Shown: one piece after another, positions 35,052-47,129 of the stretch
Position numbering within the stretch: the first letter of the stretch is position 1
How the letters are laid out: each line of letters starts with the position of its first letter
Origin: Takakia lepidozioides
Taxonomy: Eukaryota; Plantae; Bryophyta
Direction: 5' to 3'
Assembly: GCA_030704615.1 (NCBI GenBank)
Contig: CM060732.1
Coordinates: 64,852,001-64,916,000, forward strand
DNA length: 64,000 nt
Notes under the pieces: model-generated
What the model saw: only the letters and a program-made list of their open reading frames with translations
Told to the model about the DNA's origin: nothing
Databases searched by the model: none
Translations under genes and position numbers: made by a program

Positions 35052-36165
35052 GGAAATGCGGCACCGCATTTCCATGTAGGATCGAAAATTTGGCAGCTGC
35101 AAAAACCTCTTTTGGAAATGCGGCACCGCATTTCCAAAACAGGGGCAAGAAAAAATTTCCGTTTCCAGGTTTGGACATCAGAAACTGTTCGGCCGAACGG
35201 AAATGCGGTGCCGCATTTCCGTTTTCGACATGGCAGTTTTGGGTTTTGCAAGCTCCTTTCCTGGATGCCACCCCGCATGCAGAGGTCGAACACCGTGGTC
35301 GAACACGGAGGTCCAAATGGCGAACATGGAAATGCGGTGCCGCATTTCCATTTTGGAGATGGACGTTTTTCCAACTACAGACCCATCTGGAGGAATCGGC
35401 ACCGCATTCCATTTTCCAATAAGAAATTTCGATGACGGACATGGAAATGCGGCACCGCATTTCCATAACGGACATCATTCTTGTCCATTTGCAGACCCTT
35501 TCACGGAAATGCGGCAAAGCATTCCCATGTGTTGGACGGAAATGTGGCACCGCATCCCATCGTGCTGGTCGGATATGCTACACCGCCTTTTGGACGTGCT
35601 GGACGGAAATGCGACACCGCATTCCATTGTCGAATAAGATATTTTGATTGCCAACACGGAAATGCGTCGCCGCATTTCCAAGGCCCACATCGTTGTTTGA
35701 CCAATTCCAGACCCGTGTGGGCATTCCGTGTAGCTGGACGGAAATCCGGCACCGCATTCCATTGTCCAACACGAAATTTTGATGACGGACATGGAAATGC
35801 GGTGCCGCATTTTCAGAACGGACATCGTTGTATGTCCAATTCCAGACCCTTTGACAGAAATGCGGCACCGCATTCCATTGTTCTCTCCGGAAATGCGGTG
35901 CCACATTCCATTGTCCGGTACGAAATTTCGATGACGGACATGGAAATGCGGTGCCGCATTTCCAGTATGGACATGGACAAGCATTGGCGATTGGACATGC
36001 TTGGACAATTTAAGGTCCAATATGGAAATGTGGTGCCGCATTTCCAATTCCGTGTATGGTAATGTCATGTCAAGAAATGAAATGGGGTTACGACCACACC
36101 GTAGAAAAGGGAGCTTCCAGAAATCGCGGCATGGAGAAAATTGAAATGCGATTCCGAATTTCCGA
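35052..36165. repeat. Array of ~17 copies of the 22-bp palindrome GGAAATGCGG(CA/TG)CCGCATTTCC with variable spacers
   Basis: Copies at approximately 35052, 35114, 35199, 35328, 35392, 35443, 35505, 35538, 35604, 35658, 35740, 35793, 35857, 35889, 35942 and 36024, plus degenerate ones. Confidence 0.92.
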
Positions 36166-36437
36166 GCTTCGGCTTCTACATGTTTCCTTTTACTCAGACA
36201 TGGATTTCCTTCACCTCGGGACTCTGTTATCGCTGACTCTGGTATTCATCTGGACAGACACATGGTAGAAATGAGACCACAAATTGTAAACAGTGGGCCA
36301 ATTACGGCAGTTATTCAACACAATGAAACACAAGCACACAGAAGTGAGGTACGATGGGTTGTTTTATTGATCGAACACGGTGTCTCACATTTAGCAACTC
36401 CAAACAAATCTAAGCCCTTCCTCCTTCTACATGGGCT

Positions 36438-37001
36438 TCACCAAGTCGACGGAACTTCGATAGCCCTGAAAACAAGCTCATTACTGCTGCGGCACCTCGA
36501 GGTAAACTGCAATTCGGTCGTTCTGCTGCCCTTGGTGGAGCTGACGACAATGTCATGCCCATCAATGATACCACCATCATACATTGACAAGGTCACTGTG
36601 GGCCTCATGTGCCCGTGCGATTCGTCTTCGCAACTCAACCGAAGACGAATGATGCCGTCCTCTCGGGTCCACTTGCAGCAGTTCCAGCGCCAAAGCGAGG
36701 CCGTGCGTGATCTGTCCGGCATCCCATTCCAGCTTGGTATATCGAGGTCAACAATATTCAGGACCCAAGGACCGCATTGACCCTCGCCCTCACCTCGCTC
36801 AAAGCGGTAATAGCCCTCCAAATACTCCATTGCGCGCAAAGACTCCCGCTTGATTCCAGAAGCGTCTGTGAAAACAGAGAGCCAGACAATGATGTCTCCT
36901 GATTCTGGTTTGAACATAGCATAATCATGGCCATGATAAGGGCAGTCAGCAGGATTTCGGCGGCACGACATCCTTGAAAAAGAGTAGCGAAGTACGCTCA
37001 A
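36438..37001 (-). CDS. Unknown 187-aa ORF, probably the 3' part of a truncated cargo gene
   Basis: Open, globular-looking sequence (Trp/Cys-rich, beta-like pattern), with AATAAAA shortly after the stop on the minus strand; no family recognised. Confidence 0.45.
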   Translation of the reverse strand: MSVLRYSFSRMSCRRNPADCPYHGHDYAMFKPESGDIIVWLSVFTDASGIKRESLRAMEYLEGYYRFERGEGEGQCGPWVLNIVDLDIPSWNGMPDRSRTASLWRWNCCKWTREDGIIRLRLSCEDESHGHMRPTVTLSMYDGGIIDGHDIVVSSTKGSRTTELQFTSRCRSSNELVFRAIEVPSTW

Positions 37002-37261
37002 TGACAGCAGCTCCCGGATGGAGGAGGCAACAGCGCGGTGGCTGGAAAAAGTTCAAGTACCCCGTGGATGAGAAAGAGATATGGGTTCATCCACTGCTGG
37101 CGTGATGAACACATTACACCTCCTTCGGTGGGTACGTGGGACCCAGATGCTCCATTATTGGAGGCCGGACTGCTCTTCCACTTCTCATCATTTCCAAAAT
37201 CTAAGGGCTTCGTTGCTGTCCGCAAGGTCATTGTCATCGGCATCAAAGTCGTCCTCAGGTC

Positions 37262-38099
37262 TCCCAGGAAGTCCTTGACAATGGATTTGCAATTGTTCTG
37301 GAACATGTCTTGGCTATCCGTTTTCAGCTTCAGAATGGCTCCATCTTTTTGGAGAAAGAGGTGTACGATTTGAAAGGGAAGTTGTTGAAATACTCTTTCC
37401 AAAACCGTGATGAGACGGCTCATTTCAGCCAGTAGAGAGTGCGCCCTGGTCGATATAGAGTACTTGGAGAGCCTCGGCGAAAGTCCCTTGGATCATATGT
37501 GACGCCCGGGACTACTGCTTCGGTTGTTGAAGACAAGAGGGAGGTGGTGGTGAAAAAAGAACAGATGTCCTCCACTCCAATCGTTGAGCTTTCGAATTCG
37601 TCCGATGATGACATAAGTGAAATTCCAAATCTAGTCCTTCCTACTGTAGTTGGAGAAGCTGATGAAGAAGAGATTTGTAGTGTCATTCCAAAACTACGGG
37701 CGATGGGAGGAATGGCAGGTTTCAAAAGTGAGTTGCGAGGAATTGATTGGGAATCTTTGAAGCAGGTGCCTGTGAAGTTCTTGCCAGAGACTTTTGATGG
37801 CGATATCCTATTCGAGCTACCTCCTCCTGCGCGAGTTGGAGGTGTAACAATCATGATGCATGGAATGGACAAAAAACACGACGGGCACCCGTGGTGCAGA
37901 ACAAAAACATCCAATATTCAGAATGATGACAAGCTTGTTTTCAGGAGAACAGTTTGCAATGGACACCTTAGGTGTGATAATTTAAATTGCAGACACTTTC
38001 TTCATAATCAAAGCGAATGGGAGGGTCTGGCGGAAAATCCATTTCAGCCTGGGACTGCCCCACCACCGGCAAACACTTTCGTCAACAAATTCTGCAAAC
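37262..38099 (+). pseudogene. 5' fragment of the GCM-MULE transposase (near-identical to the 19.2-kb copy)
   Basis: Same peptide RPGRYRVLGEPRRKSLGSYVTPG...DGHPWCRTKTSN, with a 12-bp deletion (QSGV) and premature stops upstream. Confidence 0.92.
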
Positions 38100-41000
38100 C
38101 ATTTTACTGAACCTATCCACCACCACCATGATTGCATCTAATCCTTTTGACAGCGGCATAGCAGTCATGAAATCCATCGAGACGCTTTCCCAAGTCCCCT
38201 CTGGAATCGGCAAGGGTTGTAATAGCCCTGCTTGCTTTTTGTACACGCTCCGGTTTTGTTGGCATGTGGTGCATGTCTTGACATACTCCTCTGCCCCCTC
38301 CCTCAGTTTGGGCCAGAAATACTCTTTCTTCAAGAGTGCCGCGGTGCGCTTGGCTCCACCTTGGCCCGCAAGCGGGCCATCATGGCATTCTCTCAAGAGA
38401 CTATCTCTGATCCCTCCCTTCGGCACGTAGGGACGCTTTTGCTTATACCAGAGAATTCCATTTTGCAAGTGGAACTGCGATTTAACCCCCATCCTCAAGT
38501 CCTGCATCACGGACTTCCGGCAGCCTTCCGGATCTTCCTTTGGAGCGCCGTCTCTCCCCTGTACACCAACATGAGCTGTTGTTTTCTACTTAAAGCATCG
38601 GCCACCACATTGTCTCGTCCCGGTTTGTACTGGATATCCACGTCGAACACCGCCAAAGTATCTTGTCACCTAAGTTGTTTTGGGGACAACTTGGGCTGCG
38701 TGGCAAAATACTTCACCGTGACATTGTCTGTGAACACCTTCAATGGATTGGAACCAACATAGTGGCGCCAAAGCTCAAGGCAATGCACCACCGCCTTCAT
38801 CTCCTTCTCGTGCGTCGGCCACCGTCGCTCCACTTCATTCAGTTTCTTACTTTCGTAAGCCACTGGACGTCCATCTTGCATAAGTACACCCCCAATCGCG
38901 AAGTCCGACGCATCTGTATGAAGCTCGAACGGACGATCGAACTCCGGGATTTTCAAGACTGGAGCTTCCGCCATCCGCTGCTTCAATTCAGCAAAAGCTT
39001 GGCTACGAAAGGATTTCAATACCCAGACTTTGGATTTACACAAAAGGTCCGACAGCGGCCCCGCGATCTTGGCAAAATTTCTCACATACTTCCGATAATA
39101 GGAGGCAGTCCTAGGAAGGATCGCACTCCCGGAACCGAAGTCAGAGGCTCCCAATCCAAGATCGCCCTCACATTTCTATCATCCATTTTGATCCCATCTT
39201 GTGTAATCACATGCCCCAAGAACTCCACTTTCGTGACCCCGAATTCGTACTTTGAAGCTTTGGCGTACAGCTTCCCTTCCCGCAATTTTTGGAACACCCT
39301 TTTGAGGTGCTCCAGGTGCTTCTCCTTTGTTTTCGAGTACACCAAGATGTCGTCGATGTACACGATCATAAAGTCATCCAACCACTCCTGAAAAAGGCTG
39401 TTCATCAGGTCGCGGGTGCATTGGTGAGCCCAAAAGGCATCACCAAGAACTCATATGAACCATACCTTGTCCTGCACTCGGTCTTCTCCTCATCTCCTTC
39501 CCCCACCCGAATTTGATGATAGCCGGAGCGCAAGTCGATCCGGCTGAAATACTTCGCTCCTGCCAACCGGTCGAAAGGTCGTCGATCCTTGGCAAAGGGT
39601 ACCGGTTTTTGATAGTCACCTTATTCAAAGGCCTGTAATTAACACACATCCGCAGCGTCCCATCCTTCTTGTCTGCGAATAGCACCGGGGCTCCGTAAGG
39701 TGACTTACTCGGCCGGATGTACCCCTTTGACATTAGATCCTTGAGCTGAGTCTTCAGCTCGACCAACTCTCTGTGGCTCAACCGATAGGGCACCTTAGCA
39801 GGCGGTTCTGATCCCAGTATCACCTCAATCTTGTGGTCAACTCCTCTTTGCGGTGGCAAGCCGCTTGGTAAATCCTCCGGCATCACATCCTGGTATTTCT
39901 CCAAAATCCCCTTGATCCAATCTGGGCTCGGCTCCCCATCGCCTTCTCCCTTAACTTCCCTAATGTAAAGCAAAAATTGGGGCTCGTGTGCCTCCTTCAG
40001 GGCCCACTCCCTTGCTGACAGAAGGTTTATTTGCCCTCCCATGGGTTTGGGCATTTCCGACACTCGTAAGACCTCGCCACCATTCCCACATGGCAGCGTG
40101 ACTACTCTCTTGCGGCCATCTATGACCGCTTCGGATTTGCTCAAAAAGGTCATCCCCAAAATGAGATCCACTCCATTGATCTCGCAGATGGTGAAGTTCT
40201 CACGTCCCTCCCAACTCCCCTGTTGAAGAGGAACATCAAACGCCAACCTTGTCGCCAGTTGTGGTTGTCCTTTAGGAGAACGCACCTCAATAGAGGCCCC
40301 CATGTCACTTGTCGGGAGTCCCAACTTTTGCGCCGGCGGCGGCGTCATGAAGGAGTGCAACGCTCTTGTGTCCACCAACAACGACACGTTAGTTCCGGAT
40401 ATTATCCCATCCACGAACAATAGCTGACTCCCTTTACGCAGGGCGCCAGTTTCCTGATACAACTCAAAAAAGAAAATTTGCCTACCTTGCAAGTCCTGGC
40501 GACCACCGCTTCCACCAAGCGACTGATGGTATCTTCCGACAGCTCTGTGGTTGCCCGAGTCATGTTCAATTGTCGAGGTTTCGTGCACTTCTTTGCCATG
40601 TGCCCGGGCTCCCCGCAATTGAAACACACTCCATCAAAGGTCGCCTTCTGTACGCCATAAGCCGCTCCACCCGCTTTTCCTTTCGAAGCACCCGGTGCCG
40701 CCTTGACGTGTGAAGGCCCTCCCTTCGATTTCCACATGTCATTGTCGCCGCGTGGCCTATCCCACTTCTTTTCCGGTCAAAAAGAGTCACCTTCCCGTCG
40801 GGTCTTCTTGTGGTTCAGCTCCGTACGGCCTTGTCTTTCACCCCTAGGGACATCCGAGAAACATTCAGCCCTCTCAATTGCCTCCTTCAAAGTCTTGGGT
40901 GGCTTCTCCTCCAACTTCCGCCTGGCCCATGGGGCCAATCCCGCCACAAAGTTGAAGACCATTTCTGGTTCTGCCATGTCCGCGACTTCGAGCAACAGCA

Positions 41001-42424
41001 CATTGAAAGCCTGGACATATCCCCGAATGTCATCTGTTTGCTTCAAATTCCTCATCTTGTCCCGGGCAAGCCAGGATGCGTTGAGGGGCACAAACTGTCT
41101 CTTCATCAATTCCTTGAACCCACTCCAGTTCAAGGTTTCCGGGCTTGGACCTCGGTCGTGGAGGTGTTTCTGCCACCATTGTTGAGCATAGCCCCTCAAA
41201 TAGGTGGGAGCCACTTCCACCCGATCCTCGTCACTAAACTTGGCCGCTCGGAAGTACTGCTCTAGCTCCAGGAGCCAGGTGTTGAGTGCCTTCCGATTTC
41301 GGATGCCCTCAAAGGTGTCGGGTTCCTCAGGCTTCACCTTAGACTTTGCCTTAGTAGAAGTGGCATTAGCCGCCTTCAACACGTCTTTCAACGTCCCGCC
41401 AAACTGCGCCAACAACCCTTCCCAAAAGGCTGCCGGCATGGGAGGCATCTGTTGGTTTGTCGGAGCTCTCAAGGATTCCTCGGGCTCTGACTCCTCGGAT
41501 TCCTCCCGATCTTGAGCGGCCTCGTTCTCAGAAACATGCATCGCTTCCTCAAACGGCCGCCTCGGTGACACGTCGCCCCCATCGGGCTCACCAGGATCAT
41601 CATCTTTTGGGCCGTTCCGCTTTCGCTTTGGCTTGCCCGACCCCATGATGAGGCCAATCCCAAGGACAATCGCGTACTGCACTCTAAGCTCTGATACCAA
41701 GTGTCGCGCACCTCACTTTGGTGAGCTCCCCTTCAAGTCATAGTTACTCGCTTGATGCGCGCGCCTGACTCCCAACCTGGCCGCCGGGCCAACTTGGAGC
41801 TTTGGCTGCTCACCGGGATATAACGGTCCCCCTTCGATCTCCCGAAAGACCCTCACCAATTTGGGGCTAGTGGGAATTCCCTTTGGTAGATGGCAGTCCG
41901 GAACAGCTCCCCACTCTTTGGTCGCTTTCCGGCTCGCTCGCTTACTCACTAGTTTTTGGTCACCAACGGGCTTGCACCGTTCTCGGGTTTACTACTCCCT
42001 ATATATACTTCTGTAGCTGTCCGCAGGGGTTTCACAAACAACCATGCCTTTTTATGGCGAACCACCACGAAGACCCTCGACTCCCGGTGATGAGTCTCGG
42101 TGAGTCTTGGCCCACTCACCATGGCCCCATTGGACCGTCATGAGTCCCAAGACTCCCCACGACTCCCACCTCGAGGTCTCCACCCCATGGTGAGTCCTAT
42201 GCCACCCCCACTAAGTCCCGCTAAGCTACCACCACCCCTTGTGGAGCCACACCCACCGCAACCCGGTGTGCGGGGCTCCACCTAGTGAGCGCCTCCGCCT
42301 CCTTGAGTGCCTTGGGCACTCAAGGGTGCTTCAGCCCCCGCACCTATCGCTGCTACTGCCCCCACCACAGGGGCAGCCCCTCCCGTGTCCCGACCCCCCA
42401 CCCTCAAGGCAAAGGGCCGCGACA
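38100..42424 (-). mobile_element. Ty3/gypsy LTR retrotransposon (chromovirus-like), 3'-truncated within integrase, frameshifted
   Basis: 5' LTR 41702-42424 (TG...CA), PBS, gag (40777-41646), zinc knuckle [14 protein letters not shown], protease LLVDTRA, RT ([21 protein letters not shown]), RNase H (LHTDASDFAIGGVL) and integrase (ECHDGPLAG...CTTC, WESVSMDF, VVVDRFSKM). Confidence 0.95.
41688..41699 (-). promoter_or_regulatory. Primer-binding site for initiator tRNA-Met
   Basis: TGGTATCAGAGC on the minus strand, 2 nt inside the 5' LTR boundary. Confidence 0.93.
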
Positions 42425-42861
42425 CACCGCCTGCAGGGCACAAAGCATAAAAGTATGGTTGCCACAGAATGATATGGGTAAATTCTTGTAAGCCGGTGGG
42501 GCTTGCAAGTATCAATTTAGAGAAAATGTACTCTCTGCTCTTCCGTCCTTGTGCCACTGCGTAAGTAGCAAGGCGACTGTGTAGTCTGTGATTTCTTCCA
42601 TAGCTTCCAAGCTATGGCATTGATGGTCTCTCCCGTCGAGACGCCCGTTACTTGGAACGACGCCGACTCTTGCGCTCAGAATCCCTTCAAATTCTTGATC
42701 TTATTTTTTGGAAAATACCCCCTGCAGGTAATTCTGGTTTGTGATTGGCTGTTGCTGCTGTGATTGGCTTTTGGATTTAATTTCTTTCAGTGGACTTTCC
42801 CCCTGGGAATGTCCACTAGGATAATACATGTGACAAGGATTTTGCTTCTGTACTTGAAATG
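42425..42861 (-). mobile_element. Fragment of an Athila-like element (start of the extra ORF)
   Basis: Aligns with ~50740-51115 (CCCGTCGAGACGCCCGTTACTTGGAA.GACGCCGACTCTTGCGCTCAGAA; GTCCACTAGGATAA). Confidence 0.8.
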
Positions 42862-43983
42862 TGTCGCGCACCTCACTTCGATAAGCTCCCCCTCAAGTCA
42901 TAGTTACTCGCTTTGATGCGCGCGCCTGACTCCCAACCTGGCCGCCGGGCCAACTTGGAGCTTCGGCTGCTCACCGGGGCATAACGGTCCCCCCTTTGTT
43001 CTCCCAAAGAACCCTCCACCGATTTGGAACCAGCGGGAATTCCCTTTGGTAGTTGGCAGTCCGGAACTGCTCCCCACTCTTTGGTCGCTTTCCGGCTCGC
43101 TCGCTTACTCACTAGTTTTTGGTCACCAACGGGCTTGCACCGTTCTCGGGGCTACTACTCCCTATATATACTTCTGTAGCTATCTGCAGGGGTTTCACAA
43201 ACAACCATGCCTTTTTATGGCGAACCACCACGAAGACCCTCGACCCCCGGTGATGAGTCGCGGTGAGTCTTGGCCCACTCACCACGGCCCCATTGGACCG
43301 TGATGAGTCCCAAGACTCCCCACGACTCCCACCTCGAGGTCTCCACCCCATGATGAGTCCTATGCAACCCCCACTAAGTCCCGCTAAGCTACCACCACCC
43401 CTTGTGGAGCCACACCCACCGCAACCCGGTGTGCAGGGCTCCACCTAGTGAGCGCCTCCGCTTCCTTGAGTGCCTTGGGCACTCAAGGGTGCTTCAGCCC
43501 CCCATACCTATCGCTCCTGCTGCCCCCACCATAGGGGCAGCCCCTCATGTGTCCCGACCCCCTGCCCTCAAGGCAAAGGGCCGCGACACACACCCCTACC
43601 AACAGGGAGTTGATGTCCTCATCGACTTGTCCATTTTGTAGAAACGAACATCCAAGTTGTGGCGTCCCACATCAAGGAGTTTGTTTCCGCACCATGGCGT
43701 CCCATGGCAAAGAACCAAACCCCACACTTGACTCCACTCTCCACTAGCTAGTTCGGCCGACTTCCTCCAAGTCCCGGCCAAGGGTGGAGCCTCTCAAGCT
43801 CCTCCTAGTGCACTCTTCTCGACCTACTTCAAGGCCAAGGAATGATCCTCCCCGAGGATCGAATCACCTTACTGCACCAACATTGCTTGCGACTGCTCAT
43901 GATGCCGCTTTTGGCATCACCTTGAGCAAGGGTTCACCTCGAACCCTCTTTGTCTAGGAAGATAACCTTGAACCAACCGTGCG
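42862..43983 (-). mobile_element. 3' LTR (42862-43588) of the same chromovirus-like family, with polypurine tract and adjacent internal sequence
   Basis: TGTCGCGCACCTCAC...GGCCGCGACA. Minus-strand GGTAGGGGTGTG precedes the LTR. Confidence 0.85.
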
Positions 43984-45335
43984 TGTCGCGCACCTCACTT
44001 CGGTAAGCTCCTCCTCAAGTCATAGTTACTCGCTTTGATGCGTGCGCCTGACTCCCAACCTGGCCGCCGGGCCAACTTGGAGCTTCGGCTGCTCACCTGG
44101 GCATAACGGTCCCCCTTTGTTCTCCTAAAGAACCCTCCACCGATTTGGAACCAGCGGGAATTCCCTTTGGTAGTTGGCAGTCCGGAACAGCTCCCCACTC
44201 TTTGGTCGCTTTCCGGCTCGCTCGCTTACTCACTAGTTTTTGGTCACCAACGGGCTTGCACCGTTCTCGGGGTTACTACTCCCTATATATACTTCTGTAG
44301 CTGTCCGCGGGGGTTTCACAACCAGCCATGCCATTTTATGGCGAACCACCACGAAAACCCTCGACTCCCAGTGATGAGTCGCGGTGAGTCTTGGCCCACT
44401 CACCACGGCCCCTATGGACCGTGATGAGTCCCAAGACTCCCCACGACTCCCACCACGAGGTCTCCGCCCCCATGGTGAGTCCTATGCCACCCCCACTAAG
44501 TCCCGCTAAGCTACCACCACCCTTTGTGGAGCCAACCCCACCGCATCCCGGTGTGCGGGGCTCCTCCTAGTGAGCGCCTCCGCCTCCTTGAGTGCCTTGG
44601 GCACTCACGTGTCGCGCACCTCACTTCGGTAAGCTCCCCTTCAAGTCATAGTTACTCGCTTTGATGCGCGCGCCTGACTCCCAACCTGGCCGCCGGGCCA
44701 ACTTGGAGCTTCGGCTGCTCACCGGGACATAACGATCCCCTTTGCTCTCCCACTAAACCCTCCATCTTTTTGGGCCTAGTGGAATTCCCTTTGGTAGATG
44801 GCAGTCCGGAACAGCTCCCCACTCTTTGGTCGCTTTCCGGCTCGCTCGCTTACTCACTAGTTTTTGGTCACCAACGGGCTTGCACCGTTCTCGGGGTCAC
44901 TACTCCCCTTATATATACTTCTGTAGCTGTCCGCGGGGGTTTCACAACCAGCCATGCCATTTTATGGCGAACCACCACGAAAACCCTCGACTCCCGGTGA
45001 TGAGTCGCGGTGAGTCTTGGCCCACTCACCACGGCCCCTATGGACCGTGATGAGTCCCAAGACTCCCCACGACTCCCACCACGAGGTCTCCGCCCCCATG
45101 GTGAGTCCTATGCCACCCCCACTAAGTCCCGCTAAGCTACCACCACCCCTTGTGGAGCCACCCCCACCGCAACCCGGTTTGCGGGGCTCCACCTAGTGAG
45201 CGCCTCCGCCTTCTTGAGTGCCTTGGGCACTCAAGGGTGCTTCAGTCCCCGTACCTATCGCTGCCGTTGCCCCCACCACAGGGGCAGCCCCTCATGTGTC
45301 CCGACCCCCTGCCCTCAAGGCAAAGGGCCGCGACA
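43984..45335 (-). mobile_element. Two further LTR copies: truncated 43984-~44607, immediately followed by complete 44610-45335
   Basis: Both start TGTCGCGCACCTCACTTCGGTAAGCTC. The second ends GGCCGCGACA. Confidence 0.9.
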
Positions 45336-47129
45336 CCATGACCCTGTTCATCAAGGCAATGGCGGCACTGGTGGTACACCGATCTCCCTGTAAGCAGAAA
45401 TTGATCATTACCATGAAGATGGTGGCACCGCTTCCCCTGCTGCACAGATTACCAAGTTGTGCCCTTATACTCTACATTAACACTTCTCTTAATGCAAGCC
45501 AGAATACCCCAGTGTAGATGCAATCGCCCTTGACACAATGCCCTGCCAATTCCACTGTTGGAAGCATCTGCTCAGAGCGCCCGTCATCTTCCCCTTCGTC
45601 TTCCTCGTCCCGCGTTTCTAGGGTAATCACCAGTGATGAAATTCATCCATTTTCACGAACGGAAAACGTGCTAGGTTTCATTAACGGAGTTAATTACAAA
45701 TTCATTGCATCCTTGGCACTGGATCCTTCGTCCTCGTTCCTGGGAGTCATCCAGAGAGCATGGGTGTAATACATTCATCCTCCAGATGAAAATACGCCTG
45801 GTCACGACTTAGCCACTTTCATCCTGACAAAGTATCAGCATAGTGTGCCCATGAAATAACCTATAGGCAGGGATGAATTCCGCCTATCATTGGTACCAGG
45901 GCCCTTCCTTTGTAGCAATGCAGAATCTCAGTGGGTGAAACAAAAATTTAATGTCACTCCCCTGCATTCACACTACATTCCTTCCAAGCCTTGTTCGCCA
46001 CATAGAGTTCATTCTTTTGGCCCGTGAGTGTTTGCTGCAACTTCAGGATGTACCTTTCTTTCTCAGCCTCACCCTGACTGTATTGTTGGAAAGTATCCTC
46101 ATTGCGACGGATAGTAGCTGTCACGCGGCTTTTACTCACCCATCCCTTCGCTATCCGAGGGGGAAACTCCAAGATAGAAGAGTTGGATATCTCCAAGTAT
46201 TCAGCCCGCGTGGAACAATCAGTCATGACCTGCAGCTAGTGAATCATTGTTGGGTTTCCATTTAATATTCCTGATTCGTTTCATATTCTATGTTCATCTT
46301 TATCATGTATATTCAAGTGTCAGTTTGCTCCCGTGATTTCCTGCTTCCATTCATACATACACAGCTTCTCTCAGATCTCTCTACACAGTGTGTTTGTGCC
46401 GGATAAGGATTAGATTAATAATAATCAGATACATGTTGATGTCCTAGCATCTCTAATCTATCCTTCTAAGTAATCCTACATCTCGTACTAACTCTGTCCC
46501 ATAGTATCTCCTTCCTCCTCGCCAGCTTCCCTTCCTCCGATCTCAGTTGTTCCCCCAGGAGTGAACTCTTCCCAAAAAGTGATCCCCCTTCAGTCCCCGC
46601 TCCTCGCTTTATCCCTTACCAGCTGTTCTAACCGTTTTCCTTCACTAACCGTCCTCCGCGAATTACATGTTCCCCCACAGTCGTTCCCTGTCATGATAAC
46701 CGTTCCCTACGACTGTGACAGCTGTGTCGGGTTGTGACTGGCTATGTATGGCTGTGTATGGCTGTGACGGGCTGTGACTGTGTCGGCTGTGACTGGCTGT
46801 GTATGGCTGTGTATGGCTGTGACGGGCTGTGACTGTGTCGGCTGTGACTGGCTGTGACTAGCTTTGTAGGCTGTGACTGTGTCGGGCTGTGACTGGCTGT
46901 GTATGGCTGTGACGGGCTGTGTAAAAAATTAAGGGTACCCCTCAGACCCCATAGAAGTGTCTAAGTCCCAGACTCCACAGAACCCATAAAATGCCTAAGT
47001 CCCCCAGATCCCCTGTAATTGTGCCTAAGTCCCAGACAGCCCTCTAACATTTACCCTTCCCCTCTCAAAAAGCCGTGTCCTCACGGTTTACTGTTTAGGA
47101 TCAGCAAACCTTTGTGAGCGTGGTCCTGT

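Larger units (their letters stand above)
34093..38099 (+). mobile_element. Left part of a second Mutator-like element: TIR, cargo fragments, palindrome array and truncated transposase
   Basis: Starts GGGCTGCTATTTCATGAGCGGCATGAGC. 37262-38099 is a close copy of 19187-~20036 and ends at a junction with a gypsy integrase. Confidence 0.65.

Noticed and set aside
35004-36068. Multiple overlapping ORFs (GNAAPHF / EMRHRIS / KCGTAF repeats), or a CRISPR array
   Set aside because: The ORFs are by-products of a stop-free palindromic repeat read in all frames; the repeats switch orientation and the spacers recur.
45954-46226. Recurrent MTDCS..AECLEISNSSILEFPPRIAKGWVSKSR ORFs (also at 28499, 54942, 55576)
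   Set aside because: LTR-end sequence reading into whatever flanks it; not a gene family.
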